From the NCBI GenBank assembly GCA_016763075.1, contig JAESUM010000068.1, positions 13,051 to 77,050 of the forward strand: DNA of 64,000 nucleotides, written 5' to 3'. The stretch comes from Pseudomonadales bacterium. Its GTDB lineage: Bacteria > Pseudomonadota > Gammaproteobacteria > Pseudomonadales > JAHRWD01. The notes below the pieces were generated by a model, which saw only the letters and a program-made list of their open reading frames with translations, was not told where the DNA came from and did no database searches. This document shows positions 30,162-41,236 of the stretch, piece by piece (positions within the stretch are counted from its first letter, which is position 1; every line of letters begins with the position of its first letter). The position numbers and the translations under genes are program-made.

Positions 30162-30197
30162 CCGAAAGGCCATCAATACTGGCCTTTCGGCGCTTTT
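30162..30197 (+). terminator. rho-independent terminator after the TraF-like gene
   Basis: CCGAAAGGCCA-tcaatac-TGGCCTTTCGG, an 11-bp perfect stem, followed by CGCTTTT. Confidence 0.75.
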
Positions 30198-30360
30198 GGA
30201 CCCCTCACTGCTAAAGGTACCCCCACCGACCCCTAGCTCTATTCTCACTCGCTGATTTCTGAGCTATGATGGAATACGTTTGCATTCGGGGCACACCCCC
30301 TAGTCATAATAATATGTAGGAACTTCGATCACAGCATCGAACCCTCTTGTCGGATACTCC

Positions 30361-31176
30361 ATGACCGAATCAGAAAAAAACCTGATAGAAATACGAGATC
30401 TGCGGTTTACCCGCGGTGAACGCACTATTTTTGACGGGATCAACATGAATTTCCAAAAGGGCAAAGTCACTGCAATTATGGGGCCTAGCGGCTGCGGTAA
30501 AACCACCCTGCTAAGGCTTATCGGCGCGCAGTTAAAGCCTGATTCCGGAGATATTTGGCTCAACTCGCAAAACGTTCCCACACTCAAACGAAAAGAACTG
30601 TTTGAACTGCGCCAGCATATTGGCATGCTGTTTCAAAGCGGCGCACTGTTCAGCGATCTCAACATTTACGACAACGTCGCCTTTCCTATTCAAGTGCATA
30701 CCGATCTGCCCGCTGACATGATTCACGATCTTGTATTGATGAAACTACATGCAGTGGGATTGCGCGGCGCACGGAACTTAATGCCCACAGAACTATCTGG
30801 AGGTATGGCGCGGCGTGCAGCACTGGCTCGTGCAATGGCACTTGACCCTGAATTAATCATGTACGATGAGCCCTTTGCTGGACAAGACCCCATCTCGATG
30901 GGCGTACTGGTTCGTTTGATTCGGCTGCTCAACGAAGCGATTGGCATCACCTCGATCATCGTGTCACATGACTTACAAGAAACCGCCAGTATCGCGGACT
31001 ACATTTATGTGATTGCCGATGGCAAAGTAATTGGCGAAGGAACCCCAGAACAAGTCATGAACGATACCTCTCCGATGATTCAGCAGTTTACACAGGGCGC
31101 TGCAGATGGCCCGGTACCTTTTCATTTTCCTGCACCGGATTACCTTAAAGACCTGATGGATGTTCATGATGCTTAA
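30361..31176 (+). CDS. mlaF: phospholipid ABC transporter ATP-binding protein MlaF
   Basis: 271 aa. Walker A GPSGCGKT, signature LSGGMARR, Walker B IMYDEP. First gene of the mlaFEDCB order. Confidence 0.9.
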   Translation: MTESEKNLIEIRDLRFTRGERTIFDGINMNFQKGKVTAIMGPSGCGKTTLLRLIGAQLKPDSGDIWLNSQNVPTLKRKELFELRQHIGMLFQSGALFSDLNIYDNVAFPIQVHTDLPADMIHDLVLMKLHAVGLRGARNLMPTELSGGMARRAALARAMALDPELIMYDEPFAGQDPISMGVLVRLIRLLNEAIGITSIIVSHDLQETASIADYIYVIADGKVIGEGTPEQVMNDTSPMIQQFTQGAADGPVPFHFPAPDYLKDLMDVHDA

Positions 31177-31951
31177 TCAGGTGCAGAAGATCGGTGCTGC
31201 CACCATCGGTTTTACACAACGCTTTGGTCGTGCAGGCTTATTTCTATTTTATTCGCTTTGGGGCATTCCTAGCCTCAAAGCCGGGATGCCGCTACTGCTG
31301 AAGCAGCTGTATTCTGTCGGTGTATTGTCTTTAGTTATCATCGTTGTTTCCGGCACATTTATCGGCATGGTATTGGCCCTTCAGGGTTACACCATTTTGT
31401 CTGATTTTGGCACCGAAAACGCCCTAGGGCAGATGGTTGCACTATCACTGGTACGCGAATTAGCTCCGGTCGTAGCGGCTCTACTTTTTGCAGGTCGTGC
31501 AGGTTCAGCACTCACCGCAGAAATCGGTTTGATGAAAACCACCGAACAATTGGCCAGCATCGAAATGATCGGCGTTGACCCTCTTAAGCATGTTATTGCT
31601 CCGCGATTACTGGCAGGCTTTATTTCAATGCCTATTTTGACCGCCATTTTTTGTGCCGCCGGAATATGGGGCGGCTACTTGGTTGGAGTGCAGTGGCTCG
31701 GACTATACGAAGGTGCATTTTGGGCCAACATGCAAAATGCCGTGTCGTTTCAGCACGATGTATTAAACGGCATCTTAAAAGGCTTTGTATTTGGAATAGC
31801 GATCACTTGGATCGCCGTTTTTCAGGGTTACGAATCAGAACCCACATCCGAAGGGATTAGTGTTGCCACTACCAAAACCGTGGTCTACTCATCCCTAACT
31901 ATTTTGGCGTTGGATTTCATTTTGACCGCAATGATGTTTGGAGATTTTTAG
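31160..31951 (+). CDS. mlaE: phospholipid ABC transporter permease MlaE
   Basis: 263 aa polytopic permease. The start is ambiguous (ATG 31160/31166/31169, overlapping the mlaF end). Confidence 0.85.
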   Translation: MFMMLNQVQKIGAATIGFTQRFGRAGLFLFYSLWGIPSLKAGMPLLLKQLYSVGVLSLVIIVVSGTFIGMVLALQGYTILSDFGTENALGQMVALSLVRELAPVVAALLFAGRAGSALTAEIGLMKTTEQLASIEMIGVDPLKHVIAPRLLAGFISMPILTAIFCAAGIWGGYLVGVQWLGLYEGAFWANMQNAVSFQHDVLNGILKGFVFGIAITWIAVFQGYESEPTSEGISVATTKTVVYSSLTILALDFILTAMMFGDF

Positions 31952-31953
31952 AA

Positions 31954-32412
31954 ATGACGAAGAAATGGATTGAAACACTCGTAGGTGGATTGATGCTGGC
32001 GGGCGCTCTGGCGCTATCCATGCTGGCGTTTAAAGTCAGTGGCATTCAGGTAGGCAGCAACGATAGCTACTACCACGTGACTGCGGACTTTGAAAACGTC
32101 GGCTCGTTACAGACCCGCTCGAAAATCTCTCTTTCAGGTTTGATCATTGGTGAAGTTTCACAGATCGAATATGTACCTGAAGATTTCACCGCTCGTGTCA
32201 CGCTAAAGATCAAATCAAACTACGACAACCTGCCCATTGACAGCACCGCCGCTATTTTGACTCAGGGCATGCTTGGCGACCAATACATCGGCTTATCGGT
32301 GGGTGCAGAAGAGGAATTATTAGAAGATGGTAGTGTCATAGAGGAAACCCAATCGGCACTGGTGTTAGAAGAATTGATCGGTGCGTTTTTATTGAGCATG
32401 ACCAAGGAATAA
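31954..32412 (+). CDS. mlaD: MCE-domain phospholipid-binding protein MlaD
   Basis: 152 aa. N-terminal anchor followed by an MCE domain. Operon position fits. Confidence 0.85.
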   Translation: MTKKWIETLVGGLMLAGALALSMLAFKVSGIQVGSNDSYYHVTADFENVGSLQTRSKISLSGLIIGEVSQIEYVPEDFTARVTLKIKSNYDNLPIDSTAAILTQGMLGDQYIGLSVGAEEELLEDGSVIEETQSALVLEELIGAFLLSMTKE

Positions 32413-32422
32413 GAGACTACAA

Positions 32423-33055
32423 ATGCAAAACCCATTTAAGATTGCTTTCTTCACGCCGTTACTCGTCGTCATAAGCCTTTTACCCGGCCTTGCTCAAGCG
32501 GAAACTGTTCACCCGCAGCAAGTTATTCAAAATGTAACCGATCAATTACTTGCGCTGCTCGAACACACCAAACAAGACGCCACAGCAGAGCCCAACAACC
32601 CTGCTTTTTTGGCTAAATTGGAAGTTATCCTCGACCCAGCCATCGACTATGAAAAATTCTCGAAAGGTGTGATGGGCAAGTACTACCGTAAATCCAACGA
32701 CCTACAACACCAACAGTTTATAACCGTGTTCAAAAAGAGCCTATTTGCTGCCTACGGTAATGCATTTATGGCCCTCGACAGCACCAACATCACCATTCAA
32801 AACTATAAAAAACCACTGATCAAAAAAGCGACCATTAAAATGGACGTGCATACGTCCGGTGGCAAAATCTTCCCCGTTTCCTACAGCATGCACCTCACCA
32901 AAAAGGGCGAATGGAAGGTTAAAAACGTGATTGTGAACGGCATGAACCTGGGCCTTACCTTCAAAAATCAATTTCTTGGTCTTATGAGCAAGCATCGTGA
33001 TATTGATAAAGCCATCCAAAATTGGTCCTCCGATCTTTCAAGCGGGTCTAGCTAA
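32423..33055 (+). CDS. mlaC: periplasmic phospholipid-binding protein MlaC (Ttg2D/toluene tolerance family)
   Basis: 210 aa with a signal peptide. Operon position fits. Confidence 0.8.
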   Translation: MQNPFKIAFFTPLLVVISLLPGLAQAETVHPQQVIQNVTDQLLALLEHTKQDATAEPNNPAFLAKLEVILDPAIDYEKFSKGVMGKYYRKSNDLQHQQFITVFKKSLFAAYGNAFMALDSTNITIQNYKKPLIKKATIKMDVHTSGGKIFPVSYSMHLTKKGEWKVKNVIVNGMNLGLTFKNQFLGLMSKHRDIDKAIQNWSSDLSSGSS

Positions 33056-33367
33056 ATGGCCGCCGCTGCTATTTTACAGCCCGCAACAGACACCGGCCCG
33101 GTACTCGTATCGGGCTGCATTAACTTTGAAACAGTGCTGAACTACCGCCAAATTGGCGAAAAAATGATTCGGTCAAGTGTTGGGCCAAACCTAACCTTTG
33201 ATCTTTCAAATGCAGATATTGGCGGCAACATTGGCGTGTCGTTACTGCTGTGCTGGCTACGGTGCGGTAATAATTTGGGCAAACAAGTCACCTTTTCACA
33301 GATACCCAAAAACCTCTGCGAGATGATTCGGGTAAGCGGCGTCGAGAAAATATTGTCCTATGAATAA
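33056..33367 (+). CDS. mlaB: STAS-domain protein MlaB
   Basis: 103 aa. Begins immediately after the mlaC stop. Size and position are those of MlaB. Confidence 0.7.
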   Translation: MAAAAILQPATDTGPVLVSGCINFETVLNYRQIGEKMIRSSVGPNLTFDLSNADIGGNIGVSLLLCWLRCGNNLGKQVTFSQIPKNLCEMIRVSGVEKILSYE

Positions 33368-33593
33368 GGCCAGTTGGCACATTCGTCGCGACAACCGCGC
33401 CGTTTCAACCCATTAACGCACTGCTTACCAACCACAATAAATTATACCGCTGCACGGCCAACTGCTGGCACGGGCCTATTCACCCCATTTAGACGCCAAC
33501 TATCGTCTTTAGCCGGCTTTTTCGGTATGATCTTGCGCCAAAATAACCCTATGAAGTCGGCATTACTGACTCCAATCTCAGGAAGTTATCATT

Positions 33594-33839
33594 ATGAACT
33601 CTGCTGACGTCGAAAAACTCATTCATTCAGAAATCGAAGGCTCAAAAGCCATTGCCGAAGGCGAAGGTTGCAGCTTCCAACTCACGGTGATTAGCGAACA
33701 GTTTGCGGACAAATCTGCCGTCAAAAAGCAGCAGCTTGTGTATGCTTGCCTACAAGACCTGATCTCCAGCGGAGAAATTCACGCCGTGCAGATCAAAGCG
33801 TTCACACCGCAACAATGGCAGGATAAAAACCCTGCCTAA
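33594..33839 (+). CDS. ibaG: BolA-family protein IbaG (YrbA)
   Basis: 81 aa. Sits between the mla operon and murA, as in E. coli and Pseudomonas. Has the BolA-like ...HAVQIKAFTP motif. Confidence 0.75.
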   Translation: MNSADVEKLIHSEIEGSKAIAEGEGCSFQLTVISEQFADKSAVKKQQLVYACLQDLISSGEIHAVQIKAFTPQQWQDKNPA

Positions 33840-33880
33840 GCTCAACACATCCCTGTTTATAAATTATTTCCGGTGCCTGA

Positions 33881-35149
<1,269 letters not shown>

Positions 35150-35159
35150 GTACCCAACC

Positions 35160-35801
35160 ATGATTTGTGACCCTATCGTCATTGCGCTCACCAAAGGGCG
35201 CATTTTAAAAGAAACCTTACCTCTGCTGGCCGCTGCGGGTATTGAGCCCCTCGAAGACCTCAGCAAAAGCCGCAAAATGATTTTCGATACTACCCTCGCA
35301 AACGTGCGGCTTATCGTGCAACGCGGCGTAGATGTTCCAACCTATGTTGAGTTTGGCGCTGCCGACGTTGGGATTTCTGGCAAAGACATGCTGCTCGAAC
35401 ACGGCAGCGACGACCTGTACGAACCGTTAGACCTAAAAATTGCACCGTGCCGTTTAATGACCGCGGGGCCTGTAAAACGCGCGCCTGCCACCGGCCGTAT
35501 CAAAGTCGCCAGCAAATTTGTTAACGTTGCAAAGCGTTACTACGCCAGCCAAGGCATACAGGCTGATGTGATCAAACTGTACGGCGGTATGGAGCTTGCG
35601 CCAATCATGGGGCTTGCAGACCAGATTGTAGATATCGTCGATACCGGCAATACGCTCAAAGCCAACGGGCTTGAGCCGTATGAACTGATTGCACCCATTT
35701 CTTCACGGCTGATCGTCAATAAGGCCTCGATGAAGACCAAACATGCATCCATTCAGCATCTGATTGATCAAATTGCCGAAGCCGTGCAAGCCAGCGCCTA
35801 A
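35160..35801 (+). CDS. hisG: ATP phosphoribosyltransferase, short (HisZ-dependent) form
   Basis: 213 aa. [16 protein letters not shown] and [14 protein letters not shown] motifs. Confidence 0.9.
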   Translation: MICDPIVIALTKGRILKETLPLLAAAGIEPLEDLSKSRKMIFDTTLANVRLIVQRGVDVPTYVEFGAADVGISGKDMLLEHGSDDLYEPLDLKIAPCRLMTAGPVKRAPATGRIKVASKFVNVAKRYYASQGIQADVIKLYGGMELAPIMGLADQIVDIVDTGNTLKANGLEPYELIAPISSRLIVNKASMKTKHASIQHLIDQIAEAVQASA

Positions 35802-35894
35802 TATTAGGTTTCGCACTTTAGGCTATACATATTCGCCCACGGCTAATACCCAGCTACAACAAACGTAACCAACCTTGAGCAACCTTTAGTAACA

Positions 35895-37244
35895 ATGGCT
35901 ACTAACAAACCAGCCGTTTCCCGGCTGAACTACCAAGCAAAAGATTTTATTCCTCAATTGGATGCAGCTCTTAGCTGGGAGTCCATCGCCAGCCCTGAGG
36001 TTGAAAAAACCGTACATCAAATCATTCAAGATGTGCGGGCCAACGGCGACCAAGCCGTGCTCGCGTACACCAACCGGTTTGACCGCCGCACGCTAAAATC
36101 CGCCGCCGAATTTAAAATTGGCGCAGATCAACTCGAAGCTGCTGCGAACCGAATTGACCCCATTCAACTCGAAGCACTGCAGCAAGCCGCCCAACGCATA
36201 ACGGATTTTCACCAGTACCAAACGCAAGACAGCTGGGATTTCACCGATGCTGGCGGCAGCCGCCTAGGCCAGCTAATACGCCCGTTAAACCGAGTTGCGG
36301 TCTACGTGCCCGGCGGCAAAGCAGCCTACCCATCAACCGTTTTGATGAACCTCATCCCTGCCAAAGTGGCTGGCGTACGGGAAATTGTGATGCTAAGCCC
36401 ATCACCCGATGGCCAATTGAACGATGTTGTGATGGCCGCTGCACACATTGCCGGTGTAGAACAAATGTACAGCATTGGCGGCGCTCAAGCCGTGGCTGCA
36501 GCCGCCTACGGCACCGAAACCATTCCAGCCGTCGATAAGCTGGTTGGCCCTGGTAACATTTATGTTGCCGCTGCTAAGCGGATTGTATTTGGCCGAATCG
36601 GCATCGATATGATCGCAGGGCCATCAGAAATTCTGATCATTTGTGATGGCAAAACCGACCCAGACTGGATTGCAATGGACCTGTTCTCACAGGCCGAGCA
36701 CGATGAAAATGCCCAGTCTATTTTAATGACCCCTGACTCAGGGTTTATTGAACAGGTTCAGCGATCGATCGACCGGCTACTGCCCACCATGGAGCGCTAC
36801 GAGGTGATTGCGGCCTCTTTGGAGAATCGCGGTATCTTTATTGAAGTACCCGATATGGACGCCGCCATAGAAATCAGCAACCATATTGCCCCAGAACACT
36901 TGGAGCTATCGGTTGAAGACCCACATTCAATGATCGATAACATCACCAATGCTGGGGCTATTTTCTGCGGCCGCCATACCAGTGAAGCATTGGGCGACTA
37001 CTGTGCTGGGCCCAACCACGTATTGCCCACCTCTGGTACAGCGCGATTTTCATCACCCTTGGGTGTGTATGATTTCCAAAAGCGCACCTCGTTAATTGAG
37101 TGCAGCCCAGAATCCGCAGCCCAGCTTGGCGAAATTGCATCGATACTGGCTCGCGCCGAAGGCTTTGAAGGCCATGCCCGCGCAGCAGAAATGCGCATTC
37201 CAACCAAACAGACTCCGCCGATAGGCAACGACAAAAAAGGGTAA
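35895..37244 (+). CDS. hisD: histidinol dehydrogenase
   Basis: 449 aa. AGPSEILII and SQAEHDENAQ motifs. About 15 extra C-terminal residues. Confidence 0.9.
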   Translation: MATNKPAVSRLNYQAKDFIPQLDAALSWESIASPEVEKTVHQIIQDVRANGDQAVLAYTNRFDRRTLKSAAEFKIGADQLEAAANRIDPIQLEALQQAAQRITDFHQYQTQDSWDFTDAGGSRLGQLIRPLNRVAVYVPGGKAAYPSTVLMNLIPAKVAGVREIVMLSPSPDGQLNDVVMAAAHIAGVEQMYSIGGAQAVAAAAYGTETIPAVDKLVGPGNIYVAAAKRIVFGRIGIDMIAGPSEILIICDGKTDPDWIAMDLFSQAEHDENAQSILMTPDSGFIEQVQRSIDRLLPTMERYEVIAASLENRGIFIEVPDMDAAIEISNHIAPEHLELSVEDPHSMIDNITNAGAIFCGRHTSEALGDYCAGPNHVLPTSGTARFSSPLGVYDFQKRTSLIECSPESAAQLGEIASILARAEGFEGHARAAEMRIPTKQTPPIGNDKKG

Positions 37245-37263
37245 GCCGAAGCCTACCCTTTTT
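37239..37263. terminator. bidirectional rho-independent terminator between hisD and the peroxiredoxin gene
   Basis: AAAAAA-GGGTAAGC-cgaa-GCCTACCC-TTTTT. 8-bp stem with one mismatch. Overlaps the hisD stop. Confidence 0.7.
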
Positions 37264-37314
37264 GATACCACTGACAACGTTGCAAGGCCCTACTTTGGTA
37301 CGGCCTTCGAATGC

Positions 37315-37920
37315 TTACAACGTGTCTGCATTTCCTGCCAAGTATTCAGCAACACCGTCTGGTGTATCTTTCATACCTGATTTTCCTTCCTGCCAGCCGG
37401 CTGGGCAAACTTCGCCATGTTCTTCGTGGAACTGAAGCGCATCAACCATGCGGATCATTTCGTCAATGTTACGGCCCAAAGGCAGGTCGTTAACCACTTG
37501 GTGACGAACGACACCAGCTTTATCGATAAGGAATGAACCACGGAAGGCAACTGCGCCATCAGGTGTTTCAACGCCATATGCGCGGCATATGTTGTGTGTT
37601 ACGTCAGCAATCAGTGGGTAGCCTAATGGCCCGATTCCACCTTTGTTGATTGGAGTATTTCTCCACGCGTTGTGAGTGAATTGTGAATCGATAGAAACAC
37701 CGATAACTTCAACTCCGCGTTTTTTGAAGTCTTCCAGTCTGTGATCAAAAGCGATCAGTTCAGAAGGACAAACAAAGGTGAAGTCCAATGGGTAGAAGAA
37801 CACAACCGCTTCTTTGCCAGCAATGGTTGCTGCAAGGTTGAATTCATCAACAATTTCGCCGGTGCCTAAAACAGCTGCGGCGGTAAAATCTGGCGCTGGA
37901 CGGCCTACAAGTACGCTCAT
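37315..37920 (-). CDS. typical 2-Cys peroxiredoxin (AhpC/Prx1 family)
   Basis: 201 aa. Peroxidatic motif FFYPLDFTFVCPSE and resolving Cys in HGEVCPAGW. Confidence 0.9.
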   Translation of the reverse strand: MSVLVGRPAPDFTAAAVLGTGEIVDEFNLAATIAGKEAVVFFYPLDFTFVCPSELIAFDHRLEDFKKRGVEVIGVSIDSQFTHNAWRNTPINKGGIGPLGYPLIADVTHNICRAYGVETPDGAVAFRGSFLIDKAGVVRHQVVNDLPLGRNIDEMIRMVDALQFHEEHGEVCPAGWQEGKSGMKDTPDGVAEYLAGNADTL

Positions 37921-38221
37921 AAATATCCTTTAAATATCTTTAATTAATCTGTTACTGGGGAACTGGTCAGAACCCCTCGCGTTGTATCTCAAGATTGCCG
38001 TTTCCTCGTAAGCCAACAAGTGTGTAACCGCGAAAACTAATGTCTTTTTGTAACGCGAAATACCACTATAAAAACAAGGTATTATGAACAAACCAAAGAA
38101 TAGCCGGTTCGATAAAAACGGGTCGCTATTGTAAGATGGCGCGGTACTTTTCAGCAAGCAATACAAACCATTTTGCTGATCAAAATCTGATAAAACCCAC
38201 AATACCTGTCGAGGGTAGAAC

Positions 38222-39085
38222 ATGAGCAGCAGCCCAGTAGTAGAAAACCTGATCCGATTGCTAGATTTGGAACAGATCGAGGTAAACCTGTTCCGTGGGT
38301 TTAACCCAGAAAAAAAGCGCCCTCGGGTGTTTGGCGGGCAAGTACTGGGGCAAGCGCTGGTTGCCGCTGGTCGCACGGTTGAGGGCCGCGAAGCCCACTC
38401 ATTTCATGGCTATTTCTTGCGCCCGGGCAACTCCGATTTACCCATTATTTATGAGGTAGATCGTATCCGCGATGGCAAAAGCTTCACTACCCGACGGGTC
38501 GTCGCGATCCAAAACGGTAAAGCCATTTTTAACATGTCTTCCTCATTTCAGGTACAAGAAGAGGGCCTCGAACATCAGTTCGATATGCCCGACGCTGAGC
38601 CACCAGAAGGCCTAGACACCGAAGAGATGCAACTAGAAGTGCTGGCTGAAACTGACCCGGACAATTACAAACCCGCTACCTTTTATGACTGGCCTATCGA
38701 ATTCCGCCATATTGATCAGGGCAAAAGTAACCGCGCAGGTAAACACAGCCCCCACCATATGTGCTGGTTTCGCGCTACCGAAAAGCTGCCCGACCTACCC
38801 ATATTACACAAATGCATACTGGCCTATGCTTCAGATCGCGGACTACTCGCCACCGCACTATTGCCACACGGTGTCTCGATCGATAACAAAAAATTACAGG
38901 CTGCCAGCCTCGACCACGCCATGTGGTTTCATCATGAAATTCGCGCTGACGAATGGCTTTTATATGTGCAAGATAGCCCCAGCAGCTCGAATGCCCGAGG
39001 CTTTTGTCGCGGCAGTATCTACAGACGCGACGGCCTGTTGGTCGCATCAGTAACCCAGGAAGGTTTGATCCGCCACTGGGACTAA
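38222..39085 (+). CDS. tesB: acyl-CoA thioesterase II
   Basis: 287 aa. Colinear by memory with E. coli TesB (NLI.LLDLE.IE..LFRG......VFGGQVLGQAL, HSFHGYFLRPG). Confidence 0.85.
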   Translation: MSSSPVVENLIRLLDLEQIEVNLFRGFNPEKKRPRVFGGQVLGQALVAAGRTVEGREAHSFHGYFLRPGNSDLPIIYEVDRIRDGKSFTTRRVVAIQNGKAIFNMSSSFQVQEEGLEHQFDMPDAEPPEGLDTEEMQLEVLAETDPDNYKPATFYDWPIEFRHIDQGKSNRAGKHSPHHMCWFRATEKLPDLPILHKCILAYASDRGLLATALLPHGVSIDNKKLQAASLDHAMWFHHEIRADEWLLYVQDSPSSSNARGFCRGSIYRRDGLLVASVTQEGLIRHWD

Positions 39086-39111
39086 CCCTTTACAGTTCAG
39101 ATGGAATGGAT

Positions 39112-40110
39112 ATGAAAGCAATTCAGATTGACGATCAAAAACTCAGCTGGACTGAAACCACAGCGCCCCAACCCGGCCCCGGCGAGGTGGCCATTCGTAT
39201 ACGCGCAACCGCAATCAACCGCGCGGATTTGGCGCAACGCGCTGGAGTTTACCCACCACCGCCCGGGGCCAGCGAAATACTCGGCCTTGAATGTGCGGGG
39301 GAGATTCAGCAATTGGGTGAGGGCGTGACCAACTGGAAAATAGGCGACCCAGTATGCGCACTGCTATCCGGCGGCGGCTACGCAGAAACCGTGGTTTGTC
39401 CCGCGGGACATCTGCTTCCAATACCTGCCGGTTTTAGCTTTGAGCAGGCAGCCGCATTGCCCGAAGTATTTGCCACCGCATGGCTAAATATCTTTCAGGA
39501 AGCCGCACTACAACCGGGTGAATCGGTACTGCTACACGCCGGAGCCAGTGGCGTGGGCACCGCAGCCATCCAACTATGCCACCATTTTGGCAACCCCTGC
39601 TTTGTGACCGTCGGCAGCCAGCAAAAGCTGGATTACTGTATAGAACTAGGGGCCGATGCGGGCTTTGATCGCAACTCTTCTGATCACACCACGGATCACA
39701 CCTCTGAAAGCAGCTTTGCGAGCGCAGTTAAAACCTGGCGCAACGGCAAGGGCGTAGATGTTATTCTCGATCCCGTTGGCGGTAACTATCTGGCCGGCAA
39801 CATGAGCTGCATGGCCGTGAATGCCCGCTTAGTACTCATTGGCCTAATGGGCGGTGCCAGCGCAGATATCAGCCTTGGCTTGCTGATGGTGAAACGATTT
39901 AGGCTAATCGGCTCTACCCTGCGCAGCCGCACGGATTTACAGAAAACCCAGCTTATTCAGTCATTACGCGAGCAGGTCTGGCCACTGTTTGATAGCGGTG
40001 AGTTAAAACCGATCATTCATAAAACCATGCCCATCACCGAAGCAGAGCAGGGTTTTGCACTGGTCGATTCCAATCAGACCATCGGCAAAGTAGTTTTAAC
40101 CATCCCTTGA
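39112..40110 (+). CDS. NAD(P)H:quinone oxidoreductase, zinc-free MDR (PIG3/QOR) family
   Basis: ORF 39004-40110. Preferred start ATG 39112 (MKAIQIDD...). GASGVGTAAIQL nucleotide-binding motif. Contains a short S/T/H/D-rich insertion. Confidence 0.75.
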   Translation: MKAIQIDDQKLSWTETTAPQPGPGEVAIRIRATAINRADLAQRAGVYPPPPGASEILGLECAGEIQQLGEGVTNWKIGDPVCALLSGGGYAETVVCPAGHLLPIPAGFSFEQAAALPEVFATAWLNIFQEAALQPGESVLLHAGASGVGTAAIQLCHHFGNPCFVTVGSQQKLDYCIELGADAGFDRNSSDHTTDHTSESSFASAVKTWRNGKGVDVILDPVGGNYLAGNMSCMAVNARLVLIGLMGGASADISLGLLMVKRFRLIGSTLRSRTDLQKTQLIQSLREQVWPLFDSGELKPIIHKTMPITEAEQGFALVDSNQTIGKVVLTIP

Positions 40111-40931
40111 TAGAGAATCAACCAATAGGGATATTTGATTCCGGGGTCGGCGGGCTTTCGATACTCGAGTCTATCCGCCAAACCCTGCCTAACGAACAAC
40201 TGATCTACGTGGCAGACGCCGCCAACGCACCCTACGGCAAACAAAGCGATGCACAGATCGTAGATCATTCATTACGAGTCTGCCGTTTTTTAATTGCCCA
40301 AAATGTAAAAGCAATTGTAGTGGCCTGCAACACCGCCACCACCATTGCCATTAGCGCCATCCGCGCCACTACCAACATTCCCGTAATAGGCGTAGAACCA
40401 GCCATAAAACCCGCCGTAGAACAAAGCAAAACTGGAGTGGTGGGTGTACTCGCCACCGCCGGCACCCTGCAAAGCACCCAGTTTGAAAAGCTAAGTAACC
40501 TTTATGGTAAAAACATAGAAGGTCGCGAAATAGAATTAATAACCCAGCCATGCAACGGACTAGTCGAAAGAGTAGAAGCGGGTGACATCGACGGTCCTAT
40601 CGTTACCCAATTGCTAGAGCAACATCTGCAACCACTGTTAAAACGAAACGTCGACACATTGGTACTGGGCTGTACCCACTATCCATTTTTAATTGAAACC
40701 ATTTCGCAAATTACCGGTTCCGCCGTAGCCATAATTCACCCCGGTGAAGCCGTTGCCCGGCAGCTTGAAAAACGTATTGGGCAAGAATCCCAACTGCGCG
40801 TTAAAACCGATCAACCTTCAATTCAGTTTTTCTCCAGTGAAGTTACTGAGCGTTATCGGTTTAGGTTTGAAGCTCTTCTTAAGCAATCAATCACACTTCA
40901 GTCCATCAACTTGCCGCTTCACCAATCTTAA
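40107..40931 (+). CDS. murI: glutamate racemase
   Basis: 274 aa. IGIFDSGVGGLS, VVACNTAT and LGCTHYP catalytic-Cys motifs. The TTG start overlaps the upstream stop (TTGA). Confidence 0.9.
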   Translation: MIENQPIGIFDSGVGGLSILESIRQTLPNEQLIYVADAANAPYGKQSDAQIVDHSLRVCRFLIAQNVKAIVVACNTATTIAISAIRATTNIPVIGVEPAIKPAVEQSKTGVVGVLATAGTLQSTQFEKLSNLYGKNIEGREIELITQPCNGLVERVEAGDIDGPIVTQLLEQHLQPLLKRNVDTLVLGCTHYPFLIETISQITGSAVAIIHPGEAVARQLEKRIGQESQLRVKTDQPSIQFFSSEVTERYRFRFEALLKQSITLQSINLPLHQS

Positions 40932-40953
40932 AAATGAATATATCTTATATGGT

Positions 40954-41235
40954 ATGTGGGGAATATATGAACATAAGCGTGTCACTAAGAGTCTGAAATC
41001 CGCCTCCATTGATGTACTAAAAAAGTACGAAAAATGGAAAGATATCGTGGCTATTTCTGGCCCGCAAGGCTTATTAAGAATCAAAGGATTCCGAGACGAA
41101 TTACTCTCAGGTGAGTGGAAAGATTATCGTTCCTCACGCCTAAACCTACAATATCGCGTCATCTACAAAGTAGAAACCGACAAAATTATGGTTCATGTGG
41201 AAAACGTTACTCCCGACGATTATCCGATAAAATAA
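40954..41235 (+). CDS. RelE/StbE-superfamily (HigB-like) mRNA-interferase toxin
   Basis: 93 aa from ATG 40954. ...LSGEWKDYRSSRLNLQYRVIYKVETDKIMVHVENVTPDDY resembles RelE-fold toxins that precede an HTH antitoxin (toxin-first HigBA order). AT-rich. Confidence 0.6.
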   Translation: MWGIYEHKRVTKSLKSASIDVLKKYEKWKDIVAISGPQGLLRIKGFRDELLSGEWKDYRSSRLNLQYRVIYKVETDKIMVHVENVTPDDYPIK

Positions 41236-41236
41236 T

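Noticed and set aside
33374-33607. 77-aa ORF in the mlaB-ibaG gap
   Set aside because: No Shine-Dalgarno sequence, a Pro/Arg/Thr-rich non-protein-like sequence, and overlap with the ibaG start. I treat the region as intergenic. The sigma-54-like TGGCAC-N5-TCGCG at about 33375 was also judged too weak to report.
37930-38376. 148-aa minus-strand ORF spanning the prx/tesB intergenic region
   Set aside because: It overlaps the tesB 5' end in antisense, has no motif and an odd composition. The region is better explained as divergent promoters.
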